Assembly (NCBI GenBank): GCA_024137785.1
Contig: JAHRHZ010000078.1
Coordinates: forward strand, 2,523,027-2,587,026
Reading direction: 5' to 3'
Length of the DNA stretch: 64,000 nt
Origin: Ginglymostoma cirratum
Lineage: Eukaryota
Shown piece after piece: positions 26,370 to 38,790 of this stretch. The first letter of the stretch is position 1. Each line of letters starts with the position of its first letter. A program made the translations under genes and the position numbers. Under the pieces are notes generated by a model. That model worked only from the letters and a program-made list of their open reading frames with translations, made no database searches and had not been told where the DNA came from.

Positions 26370-27780
26370 AAGGTATTAGAGGATGGGTAGTCTGTGCTGA
26401 AAGCAAACCATGCAGTGTGGTGAGAATGAGTTGGCTGTGCTAAAAGCAACCAGTGTCATAACAGAACTGTGTGTGTGGTTGTTAAACATGGGCGAATGTA
26501 ATCGGGCTGTAAGCTTATTGATCTCCATGTTGAAAAGAGGCTGCAGGGTCCCCAAGCAGAAAATGAGGTGGTGTTGTTTGAGCTTACGCTGCGGCTTGCT
26601 GCAGCAGGACTGTGACAGAAATGTTGGCGTGGGAGCGCAGTTGTGTCTTGAAGTGGCAGGCACCTGGAAGCTCGGATTTTTTTTAATGGACAGAACATAG
26701 GTGTTATGCAAAGCGGTGACCCTGTCTGCATTTTGTCTTCCCCACTGTAGAGGAGACCATACTTTGAGCGGCAAATATAGTCGACTAAATTGAAAGAAGT
26801 ACAGGTAAATCACTGCTTCACCTGGAAAGTGTGTCTGCAGCTTTGGGTAGTGAGGAGGGAAGAGGTGAATGGGTGAGTGTTAACACCTTCTGCGATTGCA
26901 GGGAAAGGTGCCATGAGGATGTGGGGAGGTGTTGGGAGTGGAGAAGGATTGGACCAGGGTGTTCCAGAGGGAATGTTGACAGAGGAGAGGAAGGGAATGT
27001 GTGTCTGGTCATAGCATCCCGTTGGAGGTGATGGAAATGGTGGCCTACAACCCTCTGGATGCAGAGGCCAGTGGGATGGAAGTGAGGACCAGGGGAACCC
27101 TATCATTGTTTGGGAGGGAAGGGAATGGGTGAGGGCAGAAGTGCAGGAAATAGGTCAGACCAGGCTGAGACACCTGTCAGCCACGGTAACGGGCAATCCA
27201 AATTTGACGGCAAAGGTAGATGTTTCTGAGGCCTCCCTGTGGAAGGTGGCATTGTCAGAACAGATGCAGCAGATACAGAGAAACTGGGAGAATGGAATGG
27301 AATCTGTACAGGAAGATATAAAGTCAGGGTAACTGTGAGAGTCAATGGGTTTGTGGTGGATACAGATGGCCAGCCTATCCTCAGAAATTGAAACTGAGAT
27401 ATTGAGGAGGGGAAAGGAGGAGTCTAAGTGTGAGCAAGGTGGAAATTAATTGATAAATTCTTCCAGTTCAGAACAAGAGAGGGATGCAGCTCCAGTGATG
27501 TCATTGATGTACTGGAGAAACCGTTATGGGGACGGACCAGGGTAGGATTGGAACAAGAATGTTCCATCTACCCCACAAAGAAAAAGGCATAACTAGGCCC
27601 ATGCAGGTACCCATGGCCACACCTTTGACCTGGAGAACGTGAGAGGAGTTAAAGGAGAAGTTGCTCAAAGTGAGGATGAGCTCAGCCAGGAAGAGGAGGG
27701 TGATGGTGGATGGGGATGCTTCAGGTTTTCTTTACAGGAAGAAGCGAGATCCCTGAGCCCTGAGACCGTCCTAATGACCA
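26370..27780 (-). mobile_element. Decayed Penelope-like element (RT and GIY-YIG remnants)
   Basis: Minus strand: AMGTCMG.SYA near 27590-27620, FLQYIND near 27500 (YIDD box), RKLKQHHLIFCLGTLQP C-terminus; flanked by pLTR-like repeats. Confidence 0.75.
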
Positions 27781-28074
27781 GTCCTGATGATGAGTCTCTA
27801 GATTCGAAATGTTAACTCTGCTTTCTTCCCACAGAGGTTGCCAGACCTGCTGAGTATCACCAGCGATTTCGGTTATTGTTTCAGATCTTCAGCATTTGTG
27901 GTTCATTGTTTTATTAGCTTTGGAATTCTGTTCCTCTAAAAGTGAATGTCAGTGCTTTTTTTGTTTCACTAATAATTTGACTGATCTGAATGTGCGGTGT
28001 TCCCATTCTGTGGTTGTTCGGGGCTGCATCGGGCAGTTTCTTCATCAACCAGGTGCAATCTCTTAAGTTTGTAA

Positions 28075-30295
28075 CATATGAACATACTGTTAGGAGTAGA
28101 AGTAGGTCCCTCAGGCCTGCCTTGCCTTAACCATTCAGTAAGATCATAGCTGGTTTGATGATTCTACTTCTTCACCTGCACCCAATACCTTTCCACACCT
28201 ATGTTCACCAAGGATCTATCTACCTCTGCCTTAAAATTCTTCAAAGGCTCTTCTTCCTCCAGCTTTTGGAAAAAAGAGTTGTAAGGATTCATGACTGTCT
28301 GTGAGAAAAGGTTTGTCCTCATCTCTGTCTTAATTGGGCGAGCCCCGATTTTGAAACAGCTTCCCCTTATTGTATAAGAAACATTCTGTCCATGTGCTGT
28401 CTGCCAAGACCCCTTAGGATCTTGTATGTTTCAATAAAGCTGCCTCTTACTTTTCTAAATACCAGATACACAAGCACAGCCTGTCAAATTGTTGCTAGTA
28501 AAATAATCCACCCATTCCAGGTATTAGTCTAGGGACCGTGTCTGAACGGTTTCCAGGACGTTCATGTTCTTCCTTAGATTGAATGACCAGTACTGTGCGC
28601 ATTACTCCAGGTTTGGTTCCATTAGTACTGTGAAGCATGACCCCCCTACCTTTGTTTTCAATTCCCCTCATAATAAACAATAACATTTTATTAGCTTCAC
28701 TTATTGCTAGATGTGCCTGCATACTAACCTTTTTGTGATTCCTACACAAGGACACCTAGATCCCTCTGCATCTGAGAGGTCTCCAATCTTTCACCATTTA
28801 GACAATATGCTTGTTTTAATTTTTTCCTCCCAATATTTATAATTTTTCATTCTGCCACATTATAATCCAATGGTCAGATCTTTGCCCAATTATTTAATAC
28901 ATCTATACTCTTCTGCAGCATCCTTGTGTCCTGTTTACAACTTACTTTATCTGTCTTTGAATTGACAGCAAATTTGGCAACCAAAGCTGCTGTCTCTTCA
29001 ACCAAGTCATTTATATAAATTGTTAACAGTTGATGTCTCTGCACTGAACCCCACTTATATCTTGCCAGCCTGAAAGTGATCCATTTACCCTTACTGTCTA
29101 CTTCTTGCTAGCCTGTAATTTGTCTATCCATGCCATAATGCTAGCCTCTATAGCGCGAGCTTTTATTTGTTTCGCAAGAACATTTGATGTGGCATTTATC
29201 AGTTGCCTTCTGGAAATCCAAGTACATATGATCCACTGCTTCCCCTTCATCCGCAACTTGTGTTACCCCCTCAGAACTCGAGGATGATCTGTCTTTCACA
29301 AAACCATGTCGACTGTACCTGATTACCTTGACCTATCCAAGTGTCCTCTTATAACCGCTTTAACAATAGCTTCATACATTTTCCCCTTTGACAGATGGTA
29401 AGCTAGCCTTGGTTTTCTGTTTTCTATCTCTCTCCCTTTTTTTGAATAAAGGAGTTACATTTGTTCATTTGCATTCTGATGGGACCTTCCCTGAATCAGG
29501 CAAGGTTTAGCAAATTAAAACCAATGTTTCAACTATCTCAATAGTCTCTAATCACTAGATAGACCCTAGGGTGCAGGCCCTAACGTAACCTGAGCAGTTG
29601 TCAGCCCATAGCTGCAACAGTTTACTCAGTACCACTTCTTTGGTGATTGTGATTTTCCAGAGCTTCTCCTTCCCTACCATTTCCTGATTTGTTGCTTCTG
29701 CAAAGATGTTATGTGTATCCTCCGTAGTGAAGACCGATGTGAAAGTGAATAGCTGTTAATTTCATTGATCATTTCCTTACTTTCTTTATACGATCAATGG
29801 TCATTTTATTAACTTTTCTTTAAATATTTATCGAAGCTCTTACCCCCTGCTTTTATATTTATGGCTAGCTTGCTCTCATACTTTAATTTTTCCCTCTTTG
29901 TTCATTCTTTGATTGATTTTTGCTGTTTTTTTACTTTCTATCCAATCTCTAGCATTGTATCTTCCTCTTTTCATTGGATCTTTCTAGTTAACCATCGATG
30001 GTGGGATTACATCTTGATTTATTTTTCTTAGCTATTGGAATGCGTCTATTCTACATATTCTGAAAAATCCCCTTAAATGTCGGCCACTGAATCTCTATTG
30101 ATCTATCCTTTGCAAATTCACTTCAACCAGTTCTGTTTTCATGCCCTCATAATTGCCCTTATTTAAATTTAGAATATTGTCTTGGACCCATTCCCCACTC
30201 CTTCAAACTGAACGTAAAATTTAGCTATGTTATGTTTGCTGCTACCTAGGGGCACCTTCACTGTGTGATGGTGAATTCATCTTATTTCATTGCTA
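28075..30295 (-). mobile_element. Old CR1 LINE, decayed ORF2
   Basis: ANKMLLFIMRGIENKGRGVML; RLIPGMGGL; collinear with other CR1 copies. Confidence 0.75.
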
Positions 30296-30329
30296 AATAC
30301 AACAATATTGTGACACTTCATGTAGGAGA

Positions 30330-32100
30330 TCCTCCTGTGCTTAGTGGCCTTAATTACTAGTTACATCAGAATATTTTCACAGATTTACTTTGCCTGTGGT
30401 TGAACTTGAACTGATGAGAACTGAACTGCATATTTGAAAGGCACAGCAGAGAACGGCCTGCAATATTCAGGCAGTCAGCTCTTGAAAGTCTTGTTGCCTG
30501 TTTGACAGAGTTCCAGTAAGCCAACATTGTAGATAACAAGTCTTATCAGTCACAATAACATTGCATTTTCCCAACAGCTATTCTGTGTTATAGCTCCTAA
30601 TTGCATGTGGGCACAAAGCCAGTTGAAGTTATTCATTAACCAAGGTAAAATACCAATCCGAAAAAGCACACATCCTGTGTGGTTTGAAAACACAGCTGGA
30701 GTGTGTCTGAACTCTTACACTGCCATTGTCCTGGCCTGCAATTCATACCAAGAATAATTCCAAATGTTTTCTCTTGGATAATTTCAGTTTAGGGCTCTAA
30801 GATGCTTCTCAAAAGATTCACTCAGAGTTTCATCACTTTCAAAGGTTTTCTTTATTAGGTGTCAGCAATGATTCACGCTGTGTTTAAAGAGTGTGGAGAC
30901 AGGGAACTCAGAAACTCAAATAAGGTGTCGTGTTGAGCTGGTTTCCAGTGATTATAAAGGTTCTGCTTTCTGTCTTAGACAGTAAGTTGCAGATAAACCT
31001 GTGTTATAGCTGTGATGGGAGGAATGGGCTGGTAATCGAGCCCTAGTACCCCAGCAGTCTCACCATGAATATAATTCTAAACGAAAACAAAAATTAAAGA
31101 ACTGCGGATGCTGGAAATCAGAAGCAAAAACAGAAATTGCTGGGAAAAGTCAGCAGGTCAGGCAGAAAGCAGAGATAATGTTTCAGATTCAGTGACCCTT
31201 CTTCAGAACTCTGAATGTAACTTTTATCACTGAATTGTCTGACTGATACCCTTTAGTGCTACTATCAGAATGAAAGAGATTTTTGCCAATGTTCTTTAAT
31301 TGACTTAAAATAGTTTATTTGTAAACAAAGCTTACCCTTTAAACAAGTGGCAAACAATGGTTATCATCTAAGCTACAATCTGGAAGTAGAACGTTAGTTC
31401 ATTAAGAACGTTCTCACAATGTATATAGACAGCAGTCTCTGCAGAGATGGTGTTTTATTGGATGAGGCGAAAGGGGTGAAAAGCATCCTGTTGGCCAAGG
31501 ATCTGAAAAGGAAAGATAGAATGTGATGACTTCTCTCAGCCCACCCAGACAAAGTTGAACTGCTGATAGCCTTAGATTTTCAGTTTGGATTCAAATCAAG
31601 ATTGATGTGAGTCTTTGGAAAGTGGCCATAGTTCAGCTTTTTGAGGTTTATAAAGGTAGTCAGAGATACTGGTATTTGAAATCTTTATCAGGTTCCCAGG
31701 AACCTCTACTTGAAGGAAGGAGAGACATTTGCAGCATCCTTATTGATTACTTACGTCTGTAACGTAGAAAACTAAGTCCAGAAATGGTTTTTAGGCAACC
31801 ATTTGCAAAGATCCCTACAGTCTATTCAAAAACAGGTTTACTAAGTAACTACGGGTCATAAACCTCACTTCTGATATTGAGTCTTTGTGTTGAGGAGTGA
31901 TGGTCTTATTGTGTCTAGACGGCCATTTTCAAGTGATCAGAAGATGGTAGGCAGACTGTTTCTCGTTCTGTTTAGGAGAATGATTTGCAGACAGTCTTGC
32001 AGTGTTAAGGGTGGAGTCTAATGGATTGTTGGATATTCTCAGTCACCAAATGGTCCACATCAAAAAGCTGTGACTGCATTTCAAAAAAGCATTCGAACAA
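30330..32100 (-). pseudogene. Candidate second decayed LRR-protein (TLR-like) fragment
   Basis: Non-repeat-like sequence; minus-strand translations FSTLQT*VIN, TFINLKKLN, CLGGLREVITFYLS, HLFKG*ALFTNKLF*VN*RTLAKISF show LRR-like spacing. Confidence 0.3.
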
Positions 32101-33283
32101 AATATTGCAGCTGTTGCTAAATCTGAAATACCCAGCAGGTCAGCAGCAACTCTGGACAGAAAAACAGACAAAGGACCGTCAACATGAAACATTAACTCTG
32201 TTTCTGTCTCCACAGATGCTGCAAGACCTGCTGAGTTTCTCCAGCATGCTTTTATTTCAAAAAGTACTTCACAAGTTGTGAAGCACTGAATTATCCAATG
32301 GTCATGAAAAGCACATGTACATTCTTTCATGGGATGTGGGTAGTGTTGACTAGGCCTGGATTCAGTGCCCATCCCTAATTGTTCAGCGACCAAATCCCAA
32401 AAAGCGCACATCCTGCGTGGTTTGAAAAACACAGCTGGAGTGTATCTGAATTCTTACACTGCCATTGTCAGCCACATTGCCGTGGGTCTGGAGTCACATG
32501 TAAGCCAGAGCAGGTAAGAAAGACAGATTTCCTTCCCTAAAGGATATTGGGAAACCAGATGGGTCTTTATAACAGTCCACAATCTGCTGTGATTACATAG
32601 TCGCCATTGCCTCAGTTTATTACTGAATTCAATATGCACCATCTGCCATGGTGTCTATGTCCCACGTCCTCTGAATATTAACCTAGGATTCTGGATTAGT
32701 AGTCCACTCCAATTGCCACAATGCCATTGCCTCCTCACCTTTCTCTTCCATTCAGTTATGGGAGTAGAGGAATACAATATCCACGTATTGCAAATACATA
32801 TTAATATTTAAGAACTATGAGAAAAACTGGTAGAAACCGAACTGTGTCAACGTTTTTCGGCATTGATAAGGTTTATTTTTGGAAACGACGTCAACGTTTT
32901 AATGTGTGCTGTAAGCCATATGCTGTTTACAGAAAATTAGTTACATTTGGAGAAAAGACCAGCAAAGCTTTCAAGGAAATAAGAAGTGAGGTTTATGACG
33001 CATAGTTACTAAAACAAACCTCTTTTCAAAAAGGCTATAGGGACCTATGCAAATAGTTGCTTAAAAGCCATTTCTGGACTTAGTTTTCAATGTTACAGAC
33101 ATAAGTAATCAATAAGGATGCTGCAAATGTCTCTCCATCCCTCAGTAGAAGTTCCTGGGAACCTGATAAAGATTTCAAATACCAGTATCTCTGACTACCT
33201 TTATAAACCTCAAAAGGCTGAACTATGGCCACTTTCCAAAGACTCACATCAATCTTGATTTGAATCCAAACTGAAAATCTAAG
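31571..33283. repeat. Inverted repeat, arms 31571-31872 and 32982-33283
   Basis: cttagattttcagtttggattcaaatcaagattgatgtgag... is the exact reverse complement of ...ctcacatcaatcttgatttgaatccaaactgaaaatctaag. Confidence 0.95.
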
Positions 33284-34062
33284 TGTGTTGGCAGGTTTCG
33301 GGAAGTGATTATTCTCAGGGTTATATACATGGCCTTCAGCAGAGATCAGTGCTGAGTTTTCCAAGGGGCAGGAGAACATTAACACCAAATAGTAGGACGA
33401 TAACTAGGATCTTGGCCAAGTCCATGTATTTTAGTGCATAGGAGTTAGGCCATTCAGCCCATCAAGTCTGCTCCAACATTCAGTTATCTGCTGTGTTGTT
33501 TTTCTGACAGGCCCAGATGGAGGTCAAATGTAAACAGCAGAAGGAGCATGTAGAAACCTGAGCATCCCATCCACCTCCTCTTCAAACACCCTCTCCATCA
33601 GGAGGGCATGCAGTCCAACCGTGAACTGGTTAGTTACTTCACGGCCCACCAGACCAGAGTGGAAGAGAGCCATTCTCAACCCTGAGGGATTGTTTAAGAA
33701 GGGGAAGTACCCCGCAGTAGCCAGAAATCTCTCAATGTCTGTCTTGAGCACATTCAGTGATTGAGCTTCCACAGCCTCTGAGAATATTTAGTTTGTAGTG
33801 TCAGAAGAAAGAGAAAGAAAAACATGAATGTGAGGGCATCGCAAAACATTTCCGGTCAATACCATATGTCTCAGGTGTAATCATCATTGCTATATTTGGG
33901 AGCCAATTAGATATATACCAAATTGCCGTGGACAGTGCTGGAAGCCATGGCCCATTGCTTGTCCTTGATCAGATGGGAAATTAATGCTGTGCCCATGAAG
34001 GCAACGGGAAAGAGCTGTGTTGCAGTCTGTAATGGATGTTTATCTGATCTCTCTGTACTCAG

Positions 34063-34179
34063 GCTGATGAAGGAGATGATGAGAATGCCCGGCCTCTCGC
34101 TGAATCCCTCTTACTAGCCATCGCTGACCTTCTCTTCTGCCCAGACTTCACCGTCCAGAGTCACAGGAAGTCTGGGCCG
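34063..34179 (+). CDS. HID1: HID1 coding exon 4 (117 bp)
   Basis: actcag|GCT...CCG|gtaagg; ADEGDDENARPLAESLLLAIADLLFCPDFTVQSHRKSGP. Confidence 0.95.
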
Positions 34180-35069
34180 GTAAGGCACTCACGGCAACTT
34201 CTTGCCACTTAATTATCGGGAGTTACTCTTGCATTTGTCCAGGTGAAGAATGTTAATGCTGGAGAATGGAACAGTCTTCATCTCAGAAGTAGCTGGAGAA
34301 GCTCAGCAGGTCTGGTAACATTTGTGGAGAAACATCAGAGTTAAAGTTTTGGGTCTGTTCTGAAGAAGGGTCACTGGACTGAGAAACATCAACTCTGATT
34401 TCTTTCCACAAATGTTGCCAAACCTGCTGAGCTTCTGCAGCAATTTCTGTTTTTGTTTCTGATTTCCAGCATCCACAGTTCTTTCGGTTCTCAATTTCCT
34501 TTTGAAATCATTAATAGTCTTCACTTCCACGAACTTGAAAGTCGAGTGTCACAGGTCATTTCCATGCGCACTGTTTAAAGAAAACATTCTTCATCACATC
34601 TCTTATTTCTGTTGCCCAAAACTTCACGTTTCTGTCCACAAATGGAAACTGCTTTCCTTTACTTAGACTTGTACAAGATTATGACAGGTTTATCAACTCA
34701 TTCCTCAATTTCCTTTGCTCCAAGTAGAACAACCCAGCCCTGGAATGGTTCTAGTAAATCTCCTCTCCACCCTTTCAAGGGCCTTCCTAAATTGTGGCAA
34801 CTAGAGTGGATGCAGTGTTTTAGTTTGGCCTACTCAGAGCTGTATAAAAATTCAACGTAACTTCCTTGCTTTTGCACAGAGAGTGATAGATTCCTAGTGA
34901 TGAATGCCATTAAAGGATGTGGAGACAGTATGGGAATGTAGGGTTGATGTAGATGATTAACTATGATCTAGAATGACACAGCAAGCTTGAAGAGCCCACT
35001 CCTGCTCTGATGTTCCCATGTACCCAATATTCCTCTATTTACGAAGCCCAAGATTTCTCACAGTTTGAT

Positions 35070-35380
35070 TCATAGAATCCCTACAGTGTGGAAACAGGCC
35101 CTCCGGCCCAACAAGTCCACACCGACCCTCCGAGCAACCCCACCCAGACCCATCCCCCTATAACCCACCTGATCTACACATTCCTGGACACTATGGGCAA
35201 TTTAGCATGGCCAGTCCGCCTAACCTGAACATCTTTGGACTGTGGGAGGAAACCCAAACACCCAGAGGAAACCCGCACAGACACGGAGAATGTGCAAACA
35301 CCACACAGACAGCTGCCCAAGGCTGGATTCGAACCCAGGCCCCTGGCATTGTGAGGTAGCAGTGCTAACGGCTAACCACT
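35070..35380 (-). mobile_element. HE1-type SINE inserted in a decayed minus-strand CR1 (about 34290-36220)
   Basis: Homology to other HE1 copies; flanking MDEGNVVNVVYMAFKEMFDKFP RT remnant. Confidence 0.8.
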
Positions 35381-36639
35381 TTTTCAATGTGTCCTCTCAC
35401 TTTTAAATATTAATGCACAGGACCACTCAGATCCCTCTGTCCTTCACACTTGTGCCATTAAGTCTGTGTTGCCTCACCCTATCCCTTCTCGACAATGCAT
35501 CAACCTGCATTTCTATGTACTCAATTCAATCGGCCACTTGCCTGTCCATTGCATTGTCCATTATCCAGGCCTGTTGTGTCTTGTTACAGTCAGTTAAAAT
35601 CATCCTCATTTCTGAGTTTGGTGTCTCAATAAACATTGAAATTTTGCTTGATATTCCAGTACCCAAGTCATTTATTTATATCAAAACAGCAGTGATGCTA
35701 GCACCGACCCTTTGAGAGCCTCACTGGCCACCACTCTCCTTCAACTGCCATGTTTTCTCTCTGTAAACCAATATTTTATTCTATTGGACACTGACTGTCC
35801 TGTTCTTTGAACCTCAATTTTGTGAACCATCCTCTTCTGTGGAAATTTGTCAAACATTTCCTTAAAAGCCATATACACAACATTCACCACATTCCCTTCA
35901 TCCATTTTCTCTGTTGTTTCATTAAGCATTTCAATTCAATTAAATATGCAAGATTTGCCTTTACAAATCTGTCTGGCTCTCCTAAATTAACTCAGACTTC
36001 TCTAGAAATCTCTCGATACTTTTCTCAAGATGATTGTCACTTGAACCGTATCCACCACTGATGTTAACTGATTGACCTGTGCTTACTAGGTAAGACCATA
36101 TACTCTTACATGAATTAGAATGTCACACTTGTTAACTTCCAATCCTCTGGTACCTCCCCTGTATCTTGTGAAGATTCTAACAATCCTTCCACAGTCTCCA
36201 GCTCCACTTTCTTCAGCAAACTGCAAACACCCACCCTAAACAGTTTCTAGCACATTCTACTTATCAATTTTCATGCCATCCATTACCTCTATGATTTCAG
36301 CCTGTAATGATATTTGCCAGCATCTTTTTTTGAGGTTGGACTGCGAATGAGAGTGGTAGGTAGTGCGTGCAGTGCCCTGTTGTCGTGCTTTAAGAGTCAG
36401 CTCATTACAGCATTGCAACAGTCTGCTTGTTCTTCCTCTCACCAATGCGCTGTCTGTCTGTGGATGGATCCACTCATGTCTGCGGACCCCTAACTTTTCA
36501 TCATTTTCAGCCCATCAAAGGAAGCAGGCCACTTGCCCACTGGGAGGGATTCTGTTCTCCCAGCAGCCACACCTAGGTCCTCTGAAAAGTGAACTCTTTT
36601 GCTATCATCAGCAAATCCTGACGCCGAATGTCTTTGGTG

Positions 36640-36830
36640 GGGACAATGTAGAGGGAGCTTTACTCTGTATCTAACCCTGTGCTGTCACTGTCCTGGGAGT
36701 GTTTGATGGGGACAGTACAGAGGAAGATTTACTCTGTATCTAACCCCGAGCTGTGTCTGTCTGGAGTGTGTTTGATGGGGACAGTGTAAAGGAAGATTTG
36801 CTCTGTATCTAACTCTGTGTGTCTGGTATT
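36640..36830. repeat. ~65-70 bp satellite unit, about 3 copies
   Basis: TTTACTCTGTATCTAAC and GTGTTTGATGGGGACAGT repeated. Confidence 0.8.
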
Positions 36831-36997
36831 TGATGCTGGCAGTGTGTGCCCGGTGTGATTAAAAACCCCATTCCTGGTACTGTATACCTCACTGTCTGCT
36901 GAACCCAATACATTTCTGATTAATGATTGTGGATGGAGGGAGAGTATAGTGTGCTGGATTTCACTGCTCACTAACTGATCTTATTTATCCCCATCAG

Positions 36998-37104
36998 GAG
37001 ACTGCTGAGGATCTTCATTGTATTGACAGCTGTGAGTACATCTGGGAGGCTGGGGTGGGATTTGCCCATTCTCCACCTCACAGCTACATCCACGACCTGA
37101 ACAG
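36998..37104 (+). CDS. HID1: HID1 coding exon 5 (107 bp, ends phase 2)
   Basis: catcag|GAG...AG|gtgagg; ETAEDLHCIDSCEYIWEAGVGFAHSPPHSYIHDLN(R). Confidence 0.95.
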
Positions 37105-38519
37105 GTGAGGACCCAGCTGTGGACTGCTCCGTATAAAGGTGTGGCTCTGATTTGACTGTGGCTCATCATCCACATGGTATTGGAATCTCCTACAGGCAGC
37201 GCTCCAAGCGGGCCGTGACTGGATTTGGCTGTAGGGGCGGGTAACCGGAAATAAGATGTAGGCCCAAATCTAAATTCTTATTCTGCTAGCTAACTTGGTA
37301 TTTGAGTAATTCTTCTCCTGACTCCCCAAAGCCTCTCCTCCATCTTCAAGACACAAATCAGAAGTGTGATGGAATACTCTCCACCTATCCAGATGGTGCG
37401 CCTCAGTAACACTCAAGAAACTCCACTCCATCCAGAACAAAAACAGCCTGTTTGATTCGAACTCAATCCACCACCTTCAACATTCATTTCCTGCACCCTG
37501 ACGCTCAGTAGGAGCAAGGTGTACCATGTATAAGCAACCCATCAAGACTCCTTAGGCTGCACCTTCCAAATCAGTGACCTCTACCATCAAGAAGAACAAG
37601 GGAAGCAGATTGTTGGGAACACCACCTGCAAATTTCCCTCCAAATCGCTCACCATCCTGACTTGGAACTGTATTGACATTCCTTCAATGTCACTGGGTCA
37701 CAATCCTGGAATTTTTTTTCCCTAATAGCATTACTCCTTATGGACTGCAGTGGTTCAATGAGGCAACTCACCACCACCTCCAGGGATGGGTAATAAATGC
37801 TGGCCTTATCAGCAATGCCCACATTCCATAACCAGATTTATAAGCAAAACTGATTTTAAATTGTGAAATTCTGGCAGTGGGATTTGATATCACATTCTCT
37901 GGATTGCTGCAACTTGAAGGAGTCATTGTAAAGCAAAAAAATATCCGCAGTCATCTCTGTTCTGGTCTCCCTCCTGATTGCAAAAATTCATTGTATACAT
38001 GAGAAAGTGGTTTTCAAGAATGTTGTAAAAATTGAGAGGATGGGTTTCTTGGGAAGGATTGAGGAGGCTCTTTCCCTTTGGAAAGGGAAAGACCTAGTGT
38101 TTCCTGTTTAAAGTCTTTATTATGAAGAAGTTCAATATGAGACACTGTTTCCATTTGTGGAGGCCAGAATAAGAAGCATGAATATATGATCATTACTCAC
38201 AGATCAAATGCAGAATTCAGCACTGGTCAGAATATGGTTCTTGCTGCCCTGTTAACTGGTTGAGGCAGAGTATATACACGGAATGGGAGACATGGGGGAC
38301 AATTGTGTGGATTAATACAGGACAGGGTGGGAAGAGGTTAAATTGGGACTTGTGGAGTTTAAGCACCAGCACAGACCTGTGTGAGCTGATGGGCTGTTAC
38401 TGTGTTCTAATACTCTGTAAGGGCTCTAGTGAATGCTGATGGGTAAGTTGGGTTTACTGAGGTTTTAAAACTTGGCACCCCTATCCCTTCCTCACTCTGC
38501 CTGTCTGCTGTTCCCACAG

Positions 38520-38636
38520 GACAGAGCTCCTGAAGCTGCTGCTGACTTGTTTCTCCGAGGCTGTATATCTCCCACCCACCTCCGAGGGAAACATTCTTAA
38601 TCCCTGGGTCCAGTTCTTCTGCTCAACAGAGAACAG
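38520..38636 (+). CDS. HID1: HID1 coding exon 6 (117 bp, phase 2/2)
   Basis: cccacag|G ACA...AG|gtgagg; TELLKLLLTCFSEAVYLPPTSEGNILNPWVQFFCSTEN(R). Confidence 0.96.
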
Positions 38637-38790
38637 GTGAGGCCCAGGTAGGAGAAGGAGCTATACATAATGCTGTGAGGCTGCTGTGATATTCCTGGCT
38701 GCTGTGGGTTTCTGTTTTTTTTTCTTGTTAGGTACAGTGCTACTACCCTCCCTCTATCTTTCTCAACCCCTTTTCTTGAAGCCTTCTATC

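Noticed and set aside
30428-30480. Copia-like YLKGTAENGLQY on the + strand
   Set aside because: No downstream RNase H motif and no other pol context; likely chance.
37099-38648. Similar donor contexts of exons 5 and 6 (GAACAG|GTGAGG(A)CCCAG)
   Set aside because: Largely explained by the splice consensus plus shared Asn-Arg codons; too short to infer duplication.
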